DNA from: Polyangiales bacterium
Lineage (GTDB): Bacteria; Myxococcota_A; Polyangia; Polyangiales; Polyangiaceae
Assembly (NCBI GenBank): GCA_038231275.1
Contig: JBBRLQ010000001.1
Coordinates: forward strand, 703,307 to 767,306
Reading direction: 5' to 3'
Length of the DNA stretch: 64,000 bases
The notes under the pieces were generated by a model, which searched no databases, was not told where the DNA came from, and saw only the letters and a list, made by a program, of their open reading frames with translations. Shown here in pieces: positions 1 through 9,074 of the stretch. The first letter of the stretch is position 1. Each line of letters begins with the position of its first letter. The translations under genes and the position numbers were made by a program.

Positions 1-260
1 GCGGCGCGGTGAACAAGCTCGCCGTGGCGCTGCACGGCGCGTCGAAGGCGTGCCCCGACCTCGCGAGCCTCGGCACCGACAAGACGCTGCAGGTGCGCAT
101 CGGCGTCGTCGCGGGGAAGCTGAAGGGGCCGGACAACAAGCCGGAGAACAAGCTCGCCGCGTGCGTGGTCGACGCGCTCTCGGGCAAAGAGGTGCTCCCC
201 GCGACCGAGAGCCTCGAGCTCCTCGCCGAGTTCCGCCTCCACACGGCGAAGGGCACGTGA
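1..260 (+). CDS. Hypothetical protein, 3' part only (runs off the window)
   Basis: GC3-biased open frame ending TGA at 258-260, overlapping the next ATG (TGATG coupling). Confidence 0.6.
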   Translation, partial: GAVNKLAVALHGASKACPDLASLGTDKTLQVRIGVVAGKLKGPDNKPENKLAACVVDALSGKEVLPATESLELLAEFRLHTAKGT

Positions 261-979
261 TGCGCCGCACCGGCTTCGCTGCGCTTCTCGTCGCGGCAAC
301 CTTCGCGTTTCCAATGCGAGCGCTCGCCGACGAGCCGGCGCCGACTCCGAATCCGACTCCAAGTCCGACGCCGATGCCGACGCCGACGCCGATGCCGACG
401 CCGACGCCGACGCCGACTCCGACTCCGACTCCGACGCCGACGCCGACTCCGACTCCGACTCCGATGACCGATGCGGCACCGGTCGCCGAGCCTCCGGTCA
501 TTCCGGAGGGCCCGCGGAAGCCGCGTCGCAAGATCTACGGCAGCGGGCCTGACGATCTCGGCGAGCGCGCGACCACGTGGGATCTGAACATCGAGGGCGC
601 CTACGGCCGCGCGTACGCCGATGTCGACAAGCCGGCTGGTTTTGCGCGCATCCGCGGGGGCATCCTTCGCATTCGTGAGCCGCTCTTCTTTGCGCTCGGC
701 GCGACGTACGAGTGGTCACCGTTCACACCTGCGACGTTCGGCGTGCAGGGCGAGGTGATGCATCTGTCGACGGGCCTGTGGCTCCAGGTCGGTGGCCTCA
801 TCGACGTCCAGCCGCACCCGGGCTTCATGGCGAGCCTCGGCTGGAGCCTCTTCGGCGCGGAGCTGCAGGTGCGCGACTACGACAAGTTCAACATGGGAAC
901 GACGACGGCGATCTACGCCAAGATTCGCATCCCGATCAGCATCATCTCTTGGGCGTTCCGAGAGCACCCTACGGAGTGA
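260..979 (+). CDS. Exported protein with Pro-Thr stalk and probable small beta-barrel C-terminal domain
   Basis: Signal peptide MRRTGFAALLVAATFAFPMRALA, (PT)n run, then alternating hydrophobic strands (LGATYEW, FGVQGEV, LWLQVGG). Confidence 0.7.
   Translation: MRRTGFAALLVAATFAFPMRALADEPAPTPNPTPSPTPMPTPTPMPTPTPTPTPTPTPTPTPTPTPTPMTDAAPVAEPPVIPEGPRKPRRKIYGSGPDDLGERATTWDLNIEGAYGRAYADVDKPAGFARIRGGILRIREPLFFALGATYEWSPFTPATFGVQGEVMHLSTGLWLQVGGLIDVQPHPGFMASLGWSLFGAELQVRDYDKFNMGTTTAIYAKIRIPISIISWAFREHPTE
340..468 (+). repeat. Coding hexamer tandem repeat CCGAC(G/T) encoding (Pro-Thr)n
   Basis: Seen directly in sequence. Confidence 0.9.
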
Positions 980-1073
980 CGAGGACCACCCGCGGCGGAT
1001 CGGGCGGGAGCCAGGCCTGGACCTCGGTTGGACCACGAAGCGCCGACTAGTGCTTGATATGCCATAGGAAAAT

Positions 1074-1098
1074 CAGTGTAGGACGATATCCTACACTG
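1074..1098. terminator. Perfect 10-bp inverted repeat between convergent genes (bidirectional terminator or REP-like hairpin)
   Basis: CAGTGTAGGA-CGATA-TCCTACACTG; no clear U-tract. Confidence 0.5.
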
Positions 1099-1158
1099 GT
1101 GCGGTTCACCCGGCGACGATCGAGCCCCACGCGCGCACGCGGCGAGCTTCGCTAGGCG

Positions 1159-2217
1159 TCAGAACGAACGCGAGAAGAGCGGGATCTCCGTCGTGCGCGG
1201 CGCGCCGAGCGCAGCGGGGGTCGGCGCGTTCCACGTCGGCGAGCGGGCCCACGTGCGGTCGTCGCGCGGGCGATCGAGCGACGCGCGCGCAGTGCCCTTC
1301 GGGACCTGCAGCTCCTGCGTCTGGCCAGTCTTCCAGTTGATGATGGCGATGATCCCGCCGATCGCCATCGCCGCGACGCCGCCGAGCGTGATGACGAGCC
1401 CGACACCCACGCCGCCGCTCTTCGAGGAGCAACTGCCGGTGCTGGTGGTCGTCGTGGCGCAGTCGATGTTGTTCACGGCGGCCGCCGTCGCGAGCACCTC
1501 GAGGCCGACGATGGTGACGAGGAGGCCGACGCCCGCGACGATGAGGCCACCCGTGAGGCCCGCGGTCGAGCCGACGTTCGCGGTGATGACGACACGCTGC
1601 CCGGGCTTTCCTTCGAGCTCGAACTCGCCGGACTGCGTCACGCCGCTGCCGGCGAGGCGGTACTCGTTGTTCAGGGGGAGCTGCTGATCGCAGGGGCTCT
1701 CGCACGCCGTGATCCACTCGCCGTTGTCCGGCTCGCGACGCATGAGCGACACTCTCCGTGACGCCTCGACGTGCACGAGGATGAGCGGCCCGCTCGGCGG
1801 TTTGGGCGGCGGTGACGACGGCAAGGGCTGCGGCGCGGTCGGCGACACTGGGGTCGGCGCGGGCCCAGCAGCGCGCTCGATGTGATGGATCTCCGCCCAC
1901 TGGACGATCGCGCTTTGCCCGTTGGGCATCTGAATCGTGGCGTGGTCGTTGGGCAGGAGCTCGATCAACGTGCCGCGGATCATCCCGCCGTTCTTGAGGA
2001 CCACCGTGTCGCCGCCGGCGCCGACGGCCGTGGGCGCGGTGTACGTTGGCGGCTGCGCGGGCGGAGGCGGCGTGGTCGGCGCGGCGCCGTAGGGCACCGG
2101 CTGGCTCGTCGAATACGGAACCGGCTGCACCGGCGCCTGCTGCGCGCGCGCCGGCACGCTCACGAGGACGAGGTGCATGCACGCGGCCCAACCAGTCACG
2201 AGGGAGACGCTCCGCAT
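1159..2217 (-). CDS. Hypothetical exported/membrane protein (paralogue of 2297..3331)
   Basis: Signal peptide ..PARAQ, DTVVLKNGGMIRG, WITACESPCD, two C-terminal Gly-rich TM segments; start could be 2235. Confidence 0.8.
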   Translation of the reverse strand: MRSVSLVTGWAACMHLVLVSVPARAQQAPVQPVPYSTSQPVPYGAAPTTPPPPAQPPTYTAPTAVGAGGDTVVLKNGGMIRGTLIELLPNDHATIQMPNGQSAIVQWAEIHHIERAAGPAPTPVSPTAPQPLPSSPPPKPPSGPLILVHVEASRRVSLMRREPDNGEWITACESPCDQQLPLNNEYRLAGSGVTQSGEFELEGKPGQRVVITANVGSTAGLTGGLIVAGVGLLVTIVGLEVLATAAAVNNIDCATTTTSTGSCSSKSGGVGVGLVITLGGVAAMAIGGIIAIINWKTGQTQELQVPKGTARASLDRPRDDRTWARSPTWNAPTPAALGAPRTTEIPLFSRSF

Positions 2218-2296
2218 CGATTCTCCAGGCCTCACAGGAGGAAGAGGGAAGTCGCGAGTCTACAACGGAAGCGGCGCGATTTGCGCGCGCGCGCGA

Positions 2297-3331
2297 TCAG
2301 AAGCTGCCCGAGAGAATGGGAAGCGAGAGCGCGGGCGCGCTGCCATGGCCCGCGACGGGGGTGCTTGCGGTGGCCCACATGGGGTCGCGCCGGTACGCGT
2401 CGATCGGCCTTGCGGAGCCGGTCTTCGCTGTGGACTCGTTTTGCGAGACGCCGGTGCTGCCGTTCGCGATCATGATGATCACGCCGCCGACGATCGCCGC
2501 GGTGCCGCCGGCAAGCATCGCAAGGCCGACCGCCGTCGTGCCCTTGCCGTCGTTGCTGCACGAGCCGCTTTGGTAGCTGCCACTGTAGTAGCCCGAGGAG
2601 CAAGAGGACTGCGCGGCGCCCGCGAGGAGCACCCACAGCGAGATGTAGTCGACGATGCCGCCGACCGCGGCGAGGACGCCGCCCAGGAGCATGCCGTTGC
2701 GCGTCCCCGGATCGATGTTGAGGACGACTTGGCTGCCGGGCGCGCCTTCGAGGCGAAAATCGCTGCTCTGGAAGATACCTGCGCCCGCGATGCGGTAGTC
2801 GTCGCCGATCGGCATGTCCTCGTCGCACGGAGAGGTGCACGCCTCGACCCATCCGCTGCCGCCGGTCGCCGGTTGGCGATAGAGCTGCACGCCGCGTTTC
2901 GACTGGATGTGCACGCGCACGAGTGGGCCGACCTTCGCGGGCTTCGCCGCCGCGAGGGGCGCGGTGGCAGGTAGGGGAACGGCCGCCGGGGCCGCCGGTC
3001 CGAGCGCTCCAGGGGTCGGATCGGCGAAGACGACGCGCTCGACGTCCGCCCAGCGGACGACCTTCGCCGCGCCGTTGAAGTCGAGGAGGCCGACGTGATC
3101 GTTCGGCGCCATCTCGTAGACGGAGCCGCGGATCATGCCGCCGCCCCTCAAGTACACCGTGTCGGGCACCGCGCCGGGGCGGACGATGCGAACGGGACCC
3201 TGCGTCACCACGGCGGGCGGGGGAGCCGTCGCGGCGGTCGCCTCGTCCTGCGCGCGCGCCTCGCCGACGCTCACGCACACGAGCGCCGCGCCGAGCGCCC
3301 CGCCAAGTTTCGATGTCCAACTGCGCTTCAT
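2297..3331 (-). CDS. Hypothetical exported/membrane protein (paralogue of 1159..2217)
   Basis: GGAGG RBS before ATG 3331; DTVYLRGGGMIRG, WVEACTSPCD, two TM segments. Confidence 0.8.
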   Translation of the reverse strand: MKRSWTSKLGGALGAALVCVSVGEARAQDEATAATAPPPAVVTQGPVRIVRPGAVPDTVYLRGGGMIRGSVYEMAPNDHVGLLDFNGAAKVVRWADVERVVFADPTPGALGPAAPAAVPLPATAPLAAAKPAKVGPLVRVHIQSKRGVQLYRQPATGGSGWVEACTSPCDEDMPIGDDYRIAGAGIFQSSDFRLEGAPGSQVVLNIDPGTRNGMLLGGVLAAVGGIVDYISLWVLLAGAAQSSCSSGYYSGSYQSGSCSNDGKGTTAVGLAMLAGGTAAIVGGVIIMIANGSTGVSQNESTAKTGSARPIDAYRRDPMWATASTPVAGHGSAPALSLPILSGSF

Positions 3332-3411
3332 AAGGAATCCTCCGGAGACCTCGCCTCTCTGCACGTCCCGCTCCATCGTGAGCAGGGGATCGCCGCTCGG
3401 GCGGACCCCCG

Positions 3412-3452
3412 CCGAACCCCTACCGAACCCCTACCGAACCCCTACCGAACCC
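3412..3452. repeat. Intergenic 11-bp tandem repeat CCGAACCCCTA, about 3.7 copies
   Basis: Seen directly, upstream of the 3331 start. Confidence 0.9.
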
Positions 3453-3552
3453 TTGCAGCGTTCGCGCGTCTCTACCCGACGTCAAGTCGGGTTCGCGGGG
3501 GACTGTGGCACTTCGTTCACAGTCGAAGCGCCACAGGCGCCTCGATTTCGAT

Positions 3553-4404
3553 TCAATTCAACGACGAATGGCGGTCGCGGAGCTTCAGGAGCTGCCTGCG
3601 AACCGCGGCGGCGTCGGCGGCGTCCGGCTCCAGCTCCAACGCGCGCGCCAGGTCGGCCCGGGCCACCTCGTGGGCGCCCAACTTGGTCGCCAAGAGCGCC
3701 CGCCCCTTCAGCGCGGCGGCCGACGTCGGAGTGAGTGACACGATGCGATCGAGCATCAAGAGCGCCCGCGCGTCGTCCCCGCGCGACACGTGGATCGATT
3801 TGAGGTTCACGAGCATGCGCACGAGGATCGCGCGCGCGGAGGCCGGCGCGGTGTGCTCCGGTCGCAGGCCCCCTTCGCGCTCGCCGGGGATGCGCTGGAT
3901 CATCCGCACGAGGTCCTCTTCCGCGAGCACGCGGCCCGCGTAGAACGGATCGACCAAGATCGCCCCCGGCTCTTCGCCCGCGCGCGCGCTCCTTTCGATG
4001 CGCACCAAGAAATGCCCGGGGAAGCACACGCCGGTCGCGTCGACGTCGGCGCGCTTCGCGATCTCCGTGTAGACGAGCGCCAGCGATATCGGGATGCCGA
4101 CACGCCGCTCGATCACGTCCGGCAGGAGGCTGTTCTTCGGATCGTAATAGTCGGCCTCGTTGCCCTTGAACCCGAGCTCCTCGAAGATGTGCCGCGCGAG
4201 GTGCTTCGCCTGCTCGGTCGCCGGCAAAGGCCCGAGTCCCGCGCCGACCAGCGGTGCCGCGAGCTCGTCCAGCTTCGCGACGAGGCTCGCCGGCTCGAGC
4301 GTCGGATACTCGTCCCTCGCGATGAGCGCCGCGCCGAGGACGAGGTCGAGCGACGCATCCGGCCGCCGCGCGAGCTCGTCGAAGCTGTTCGCTCCCTGCA
4401 CCAT
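3553..4404 (-). CDS. SirB1-family protein (transglutaminase-like core + TPR)
   Basis: GFKGNEADYYDPKNSLL, RRVGIPISLA, FPGHFLVR, VDPF, RMLVNLK, C-terminal TPR. Confidence 0.9.
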   Translation of the reverse strand: MVQGANSFDELARRPDASLDLVLGAALIARDEYPTLEPASLVAKLDELAAPLVGAGLGPLPATEQAKHLARHIFEELGFKGNEADYYDPKNSLLPDVIERRVGIPISLALVYTEIAKRADVDATGVCFPGHFLVRIERSARAGEEPGAILVDPFYAGRVLAEEDLVRMIQRIPGEREGGLRPEHTAPASARAILVRMLVNLKSIHVSRGDDARALLMLDRIVSLTPTSAAALKGRALLATKLGAHEVARADLARALELEPDAADAAAVRRQLLKLRDRHSSLN

Positions 4405-4493
4405 GGATCTCCTCTGCCAGGGTGGGGGCCGTCGCGCAAGGACTTGCAAGGTGTTGATGGGGCGACCCAGGCATGAGAAAAGCGCGGGTCCCC

Positions 4494-5705
4494 ATGCCGA
4501 AGACCCCGCAATCCTCCCCGCCCGAGAAGTCGCTCCGCAAGGACTTCGAGCGCGCGCGCCGTGTCCATCCCATCGGCATCACCGGGCGCGAGAGCCCGAC
4601 CGACATCATCGCCAACATGTTCAGCGCGTACGTCGGCCGTCAGGAGCGCACCGCCTTCGAGCTGATGCGCAGGAGCTCGAAGGGCGACACCTGCACCTTC
4701 TTGACGATGAGCGGCGCGATGACGCCGGCGGGCCTCCACCAGTCGTGCATCATCCCGCTCATCGAGCGCGGCCTCGTCGACTGCCTCACGACGACGGGCG
4801 CGAACCTCTACCACGACGCGCACCGCATCATCGGCCACCGCATCCGCGAGATCGACCCGAACGCCGGCGACCTCCAGTACCGCCTCGCGCGCATCATCCG
4901 CATCTACGATCTCGGCTTTTGGGAGGAGACACTCCTCGAGACCGACAAGCTCTTCAGCGCGATCCTCCGCGCGCCCGAGTTTCAGAAACGAATGACGACG
5001 GTGGAGCTCCACTACCTCCTCGGCAAAGCGGTCGCCGACATCGAAGAGGCGCTCGGCATCGAATCGCCCTCCTTGCTCGCCACCGCGTACCGCTACGGCG
5101 TGCCGATCTTCGTCGGCGCGGTGCAGGACGGCTCGATCTTTCTCAACATCGTCAAGTTGAAGCGTCTCCTCGGCGACAAGTTCAAGCTCGAGATCGACGT
5201 GAACGACGACGTCTTCGAGATGGGCGCGATGCAGCACCACTGCTTCGGCACGCTGAAGCAGAAGATGGCGATCTGGATCCTCGGCGGCGGCGTCCCCAAG
5301 AACTACACGCTGCAAGGCGAGCCGCTCCTCGACCAGATCCTCGGCGTGCCGACGCACGGGTTCGACTACGACGTTCAGTTCTGCGTCGATCCGGTCGACA
5401 ACGGCGCGCTCTCGTCGTGCCCGGCCGGCGAGGGGCACACATGGGGCAAGGTCAGCGCGGAGAGCGTCCAGTACGGCTCGATGTACGTGCACTGCGACGT
5501 CACCGCCGTCTTCCCGTGGCTGACGTACGCGCTGCTCAGCGATCCCGGCATCCACCGAAAGCCCCGAAGGTTGTATGATGCACGTACCCTCGCGGTGAAG
5601 ACCCTGCAGGCCGAGGTCGACAAGCGCCGCAAGAAGCTCGTGCCGACGATCGAGTACGATCTGCCGAAGCCAAAGAAGCAGCCCAAGAAGAAGGGCAAGC
5701 GGTAG
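4494..5705 (+). CDS. Deoxyhypusine synthase family protein (possible homospermidine synthase)
   Basis: SGAMTPAGL, TTTGANLYHD, RIYD, DGSI, LGGGVPKN, EGHTWGKV with the catalytic Lys. Confidence 0.9.
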   Translation: MPKTPQSSPPEKSLRKDFERARRVHPIGITGRESPTDIIANMFSAYVGRQERTAFELMRRSSKGDTCTFLTMSGAMTPAGLHQSCIIPLIERGLVDCLTTTGANLYHDAHRIIGHRIREIDPNAGDLQYRLARIIRIYDLGFWEETLLETDKLFSAILRAPEFQKRMTTVELHYLLGKAVADIEEALGIESPSLLATAYRYGVPIFVGAVQDGSIFLNIVKLKRLLGDKFKLEIDVNDDVFEMGAMQHHCFGTLKQKMAIWILGGGVPKNYTLQGEPLLDQILGVPTHGFDYDVQFCVDPVDNGALSSCPAGEGHTWGKVSAESVQYGSMYVHCDVTAVFPWLTYALLSDPGIHRKPRRLYDARTLAVKTLQAEVDKRRKKLVPTIEYDLPKPKKQPKKKGKR

Positions 5706-5733
5706 GTGACGGACGGCGACAGGACGTGAGGAC

Positions 5734-7044
5734 GTGAGCCTCTTCGATCTCACCGTCGAGCAGTGCCGGCGCACGATCCGCGAGAAGAACGCGGAGTATG
5801 CGGCGGTGCTCCATGTCGTCGACGCGCCGGCGGTGGACGAGGAAGCTCCGGACGACGCGCCGCTCCGAGGGGTGCCATTCGTCCTCAAGGACACGTGGGA
5901 GGTGACCGGCCTGCCGACGACCGGCGGCTCGTGGAGACACCGCCGGAGAATCAGCACGCGGTCGTCGCGCGTGTACGTCGCGCTGCGAAAATGCGGCGCG
6001 GTGTTCCTCGGAAAGTCGAGCTGCCCGGACATGGCGTTCTCGGCGGAGTGCGACAACCACTTGATCGGCGCGGCCAAGAACCCGTTCGATCGCACGCGCA
6101 CGTCGGGGGGGAGCACCGGCGGAGGCGCGGTCGCGGTGGCGCTCGGCATGGCGGCGTTCGATTGGGGCGGCGATTTCGGCGGCTCGATCCGGATGCCCGC
6201 GGGGTTTTGTGGCGTGACCGGCGTGCGCCTCTCGTGCGAGGCGTGGCCGACGACGGGCGAGCACTTCCCGTTCATGCCGCCGTTCTTCACGCACCTCCTC
6301 GGGTGGGGACCGGTGGCGAAGACGGCCTCGGATTGCCGCGACGTGATCCGCGCGATGAGGCCGCACTTGCGCGCGCACGTGATGGCGCCGCGCGTCGAGA
6401 AGGACGACGTGGTCGTGTACGCGCCCGACGCCGCGTCGGCAGGGGAGTGGCCGACGTTCTACGGCGACGCGGCGCGCGCGCTCATGGCCGCCGGTGTGCG
6501 CTTCGAGCCGGAGCGGCGTTTGCCCTCCGCGACCAAAGCGAACGCGATCTACAACGCGTACGTGTGCGCGAACTTCGATCACTTCGTCGCGGGCGGCGAG
6601 TTGCCCGTCGCGAAGGCGTTGCCCGCGGTGCTCCTCGGCCTCATGACCGGCGGTCGACTCGACAAGCGCGTGCACCCGAACACGGGCATCCTCCTCGCGG
6701 GCACTCATCTCGCGGGTGCGCTTCGTTACGACGATCCTGCCCGTGTCGGGCGCTCGCTCCAGCGACTCGTCGACGCCGCGCGCGCGATCTGGGCCGAGGG
6801 TCGGCTCATCGTCGCGCCGATGGCGACCGTCCCGGCGCCGCGCCACGGACGCGCCGCGTTCGACTACGACCTGCAGGCGTTCTGCAAGCTCGGGAACCTC
6901 ATCGACGCCACAGCCGCCGCGATCCCCTTCGGCACGTTCGAAGACGGCTTGCCGCGCTCGCTCCAAATCCTCGGGCCGCCCGGCTCGGAGGAGTCCGTCC
7001 TGGCGCTCGCGGCGCGCCTCGAAGCGGTCGCGGGCGCCGCCTAG
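5734..7044 (+). CDS. Amidase signature family protein
   Basis: PLRGVPFVLKD, NPFD..RTSGGSTGG, GGDFGGSIRMPAGFCG. Confidence 0.9.
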   Translation: MSLFDLTVEQCRRTIREKNAEYAAVLHVVDAPAVDEEAPDDAPLRGVPFVLKDTWEVTGLPTTGGSWRHRRRISTRSSRVYVALRKCGAVFLGKSSCPDMAFSAECDNHLIGAAKNPFDRTRTSGGSTGGGAVAVALGMAAFDWGGDFGGSIRMPAGFCGVTGVRLSCEAWPTTGEHFPFMPPFFTHLLGWGPVAKTASDCRDVIRAMRPHLRAHVMAPRVEKDDVVVYAPDAASAGEWPTFYGDAARALMAAGVRFEPERRLPSATKANAIYNAYVCANFDHFVAGGELPVAKALPAVLLGLMTGGRLDKRVHPNTGILLAGTHLAGALRYDDPARVGRSLQRLVDAARAIWAEGRLIVAPMATVPAPRHGRAAFDYDLQAFCKLGNLIDATAAAIPFGTFEDGLPRSLQILGPPGSEESVLALAARLEAVAGAA

Positions 7045-7060
7045 GGTTCCCCCAGGGTCG

Positions 7061-7429
7061 TCACTCGAAGGCGAGCGTGCCCACGAGCTCGAAGAGCGCC
7101 AAGATCGCCACGTCGCCCACGTGATCGAAGGCCACGCCGGCGCGCGCCTGTTCGAGCCCGCGGCCCGGCTGCAGCCACGCGATCCGCGCGGGGATGAGGA
7201 GAGGATCCCAGAGGGACGGCGCCACGAACCCGATGCTCACGCGGTCCCCCTCGGCGAGCGGCTCGCTGGCACTTATGCAAGCGCCGCCAAGACCGATGTC
7301 GAAGACGTCGGCGTCGCGCTCCCAGCCCGAGCGTGGATGCGACACCGTGGCCTTGAGACGCACAGGGCGCCGCGCATGGGCTCGAAAATGCGGCCCGTCA
7401 GGGGCCTTCAGGCGCACGGTACCGGGCAC
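7061..7429 (-). CDS. Stand-alone PilZ domain protein
   Basis: RAHARRPV (RxxxR), DIGLGGACI (D-x-x-x-x-G), ARIAW...GVAF; start uncertain. Confidence 0.8.
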   Translation of the reverse strand: MPGTVRLKAPDGPHFRAHARRPVRLKATVSHPRSGWERDADVFDIGLGGACISASEPLAEGDRVSIGFVAPSLWDPLLIPARIAWLQPGRGLEQARAGVAFDHVGDVAILALFELVGTLAFE

Positions 7430-7546
7430 GGTTCCCTCGAAACCACGAGCGTAGCACCGGGTCGCGCGCCACTCGTTGGCGTTTGTGAGGCGGCCTTTGG
7501 TACCATCAGGCAAGCTAGATGTTGCTTAGGTACGGAGAGCCCTGAG

Positions 7547-9067
7547 ATGAGCCAAGATACGCGCAAGGACAAGCGGGCGAAGATCGTCAGCTTGAACGTC
7601 CGGTACAAGAGCGCGACGGTCGACGAGTTCATCGAGAACCACTCGCACGACGTGAGCAAGGGCGGCATCTTCATCAAGACGCCCACGCCGTTTCCGCCGG
7701 GCACGCTGCTCAAATTCGAGATCCGGATCGCGGGCGACAAGGCCGTCATCGCAGGGGTCGGACGCGTCGTGTGGAAGCGCGAGCCTACGCAGGCGGCGGG
7801 CGAGCGGCCCGCCGGCATGGGCGTCAAGTTCATCAAGATCGACGACAGCTCGCGGGTCGTCATCGACAAGCTGATCGGGACGAAGCCGGCGGATGCGGGG
7901 AGCATGTACGACGAAGCGGAGCCCACGCTCGTCGGCAACTCGGCGGAGCTGGCGGCATCGATGGTCGATCCGCCGAGGCCCGCCGCTGGCGCAGGACCCG
8001 CCGCTGGCGCGGCACCGGCGGCGAGCGCGGCGCCGCGGCCGGAGCTCAAACAGAAAGCGACGATGATGGGGCTCGCGCCGGCGTCGACGCCGCCTCCGCC
8101 GATGGCGAAGACGGCAGGGATGTTCGGCGCGGCGAGCGCGGCGCGTGGCTACGAGGACCCGGTCCACGAGCCGACCATCATGAAGCAGACGGCGGAGCTC
8201 CTCGAGGAGGCGCTCAAAGAGGCCGGCGGATCGTTCGACGAGATCGGGCAGAACCCGCTCTTCGAGAAGCCGGCCGCCCCGACCTCGAAGAAGGAGGAGG
8301 AGCCCGCGGCCACGGTGCCCGCCGCGCCGACCACGCTCAAGGGGTTGCCGGTCGCCGCGCCGATCGACGATTTCGGGGCCACGCTCCGTCAGGAAATATC
8401 GCCGGCGTCGCACCCCGTGCAGACGTCGCGTGAGTCGCCCGTCGCGAAGGCCACGCCGGTGCCTCCGATGCCTGCGCCGGCAACGCAGGGGCTGCGTCGC
8501 ACCGATCCTCCGGCGCGCGCGATGCCGCAGGCTGCTGCGCCCGCGCGCTCGATCACCGACGAGCCGAAGAAGGGGGGCTCGGCCGGGCTCCTCGTTGGGT
8601 TGCTGCTCGCGCTCGTCGTGGCCGGCGGTGTGGTCGTCGCGCTGAAGCCCGAGCTCGTGGGGCTTGGCAACCCAGGGCCGTCGCCCACGAGCACCGTGCC
8701 GCCGCCGGCGAGCACACCGGTCATGATTACGCCGAGCGCGACGACGTCGGCGAGCGCGATGCCGAGCGCGAGCACGACCGCGGCGGTGGACGCGGCGGCT
8801 CCGACGACGGCGAAGGATGCGGGGACGACCGCGGCGGCGACCACGACGGCGACCGCGACCACACGACCGGTTCCCACGACGCGACCGACGGCGCGACCGA
8901 CGGCGACGGCCACGGCCACGACGGAGCCGACGGCGACGGCGACCGCGACGGCGACGGCGACCGCGACGGCGACGGCGACCGCGACGGCGACGGCGACCGC
9001 GACCGCGACCGATACGCCGCCGCCGCCGAAGCCCAAGCCGGCCGATACGAGCGACAATCCCTACTGA
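7547..9067 (+). CDS. TIGR02266-type PilZ-domain membrane protein with Pro/Ala linker, one TM and Thr-Ala tail
   Basis: RKDKR, HSHDVSKGGIFIKT, GRVVWKR..GMGVKF; TM near 8590-8645. Confidence 0.85.
   Translation: MSQDTRKDKRAKIVSLNVRYKSATVDEFIENHSHDVSKGGIFIKTPTPFPPGTLLKFEIRIAGDKAVIAGVGRVVWKREPTQAAGERPAGMGVKFIKIDDSSRVVIDKLIGTKPADAGSMYDEAEPTLVGNSAELAASMVDPPRPAAGAGPAAGAAPAASAAPRPELKQKATMMGLAPASTPPPPMAKTAGMFGAASAARGYEDPVHEPTIMKQTAELLEEALKEAGGSFDEIGQNPLFEKPAAPTSKKEEEPAATVPAAPTTLKGLPVAAPIDDFGATLRQEISPASHPVQTSRESPVAKATPVPPMPAPATQGLRRTDPPARAMPQAAAPARSITDEPKKGGSAGLLVGLLLALVVAGGVVVALKPELVGLGNPGPSPTSTVPPPASTPVMITPSATTSASAMPSASTTAAVDAAAPTTAKDAGTTAAATTTATATTRPVPTTRPTARPTATATATTEPTATATATATATATATATATATATATATDTPPPPKPKPADTSDNPY
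8884..9010 (+). repeat. Coding (Thr-Ala)n repeat
   Basis: ACGGCG/ACCGCG tandem run. Confidence 0.9.
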
Positions 9068-9074
9068 GCCGGCG

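Noticed and set aside
6716-7546. Long N-terminal extension of the PilZ protein
   Set aside because: Overlaps the amidase and the opposite-strand PilZ gene; the true start is at 7547
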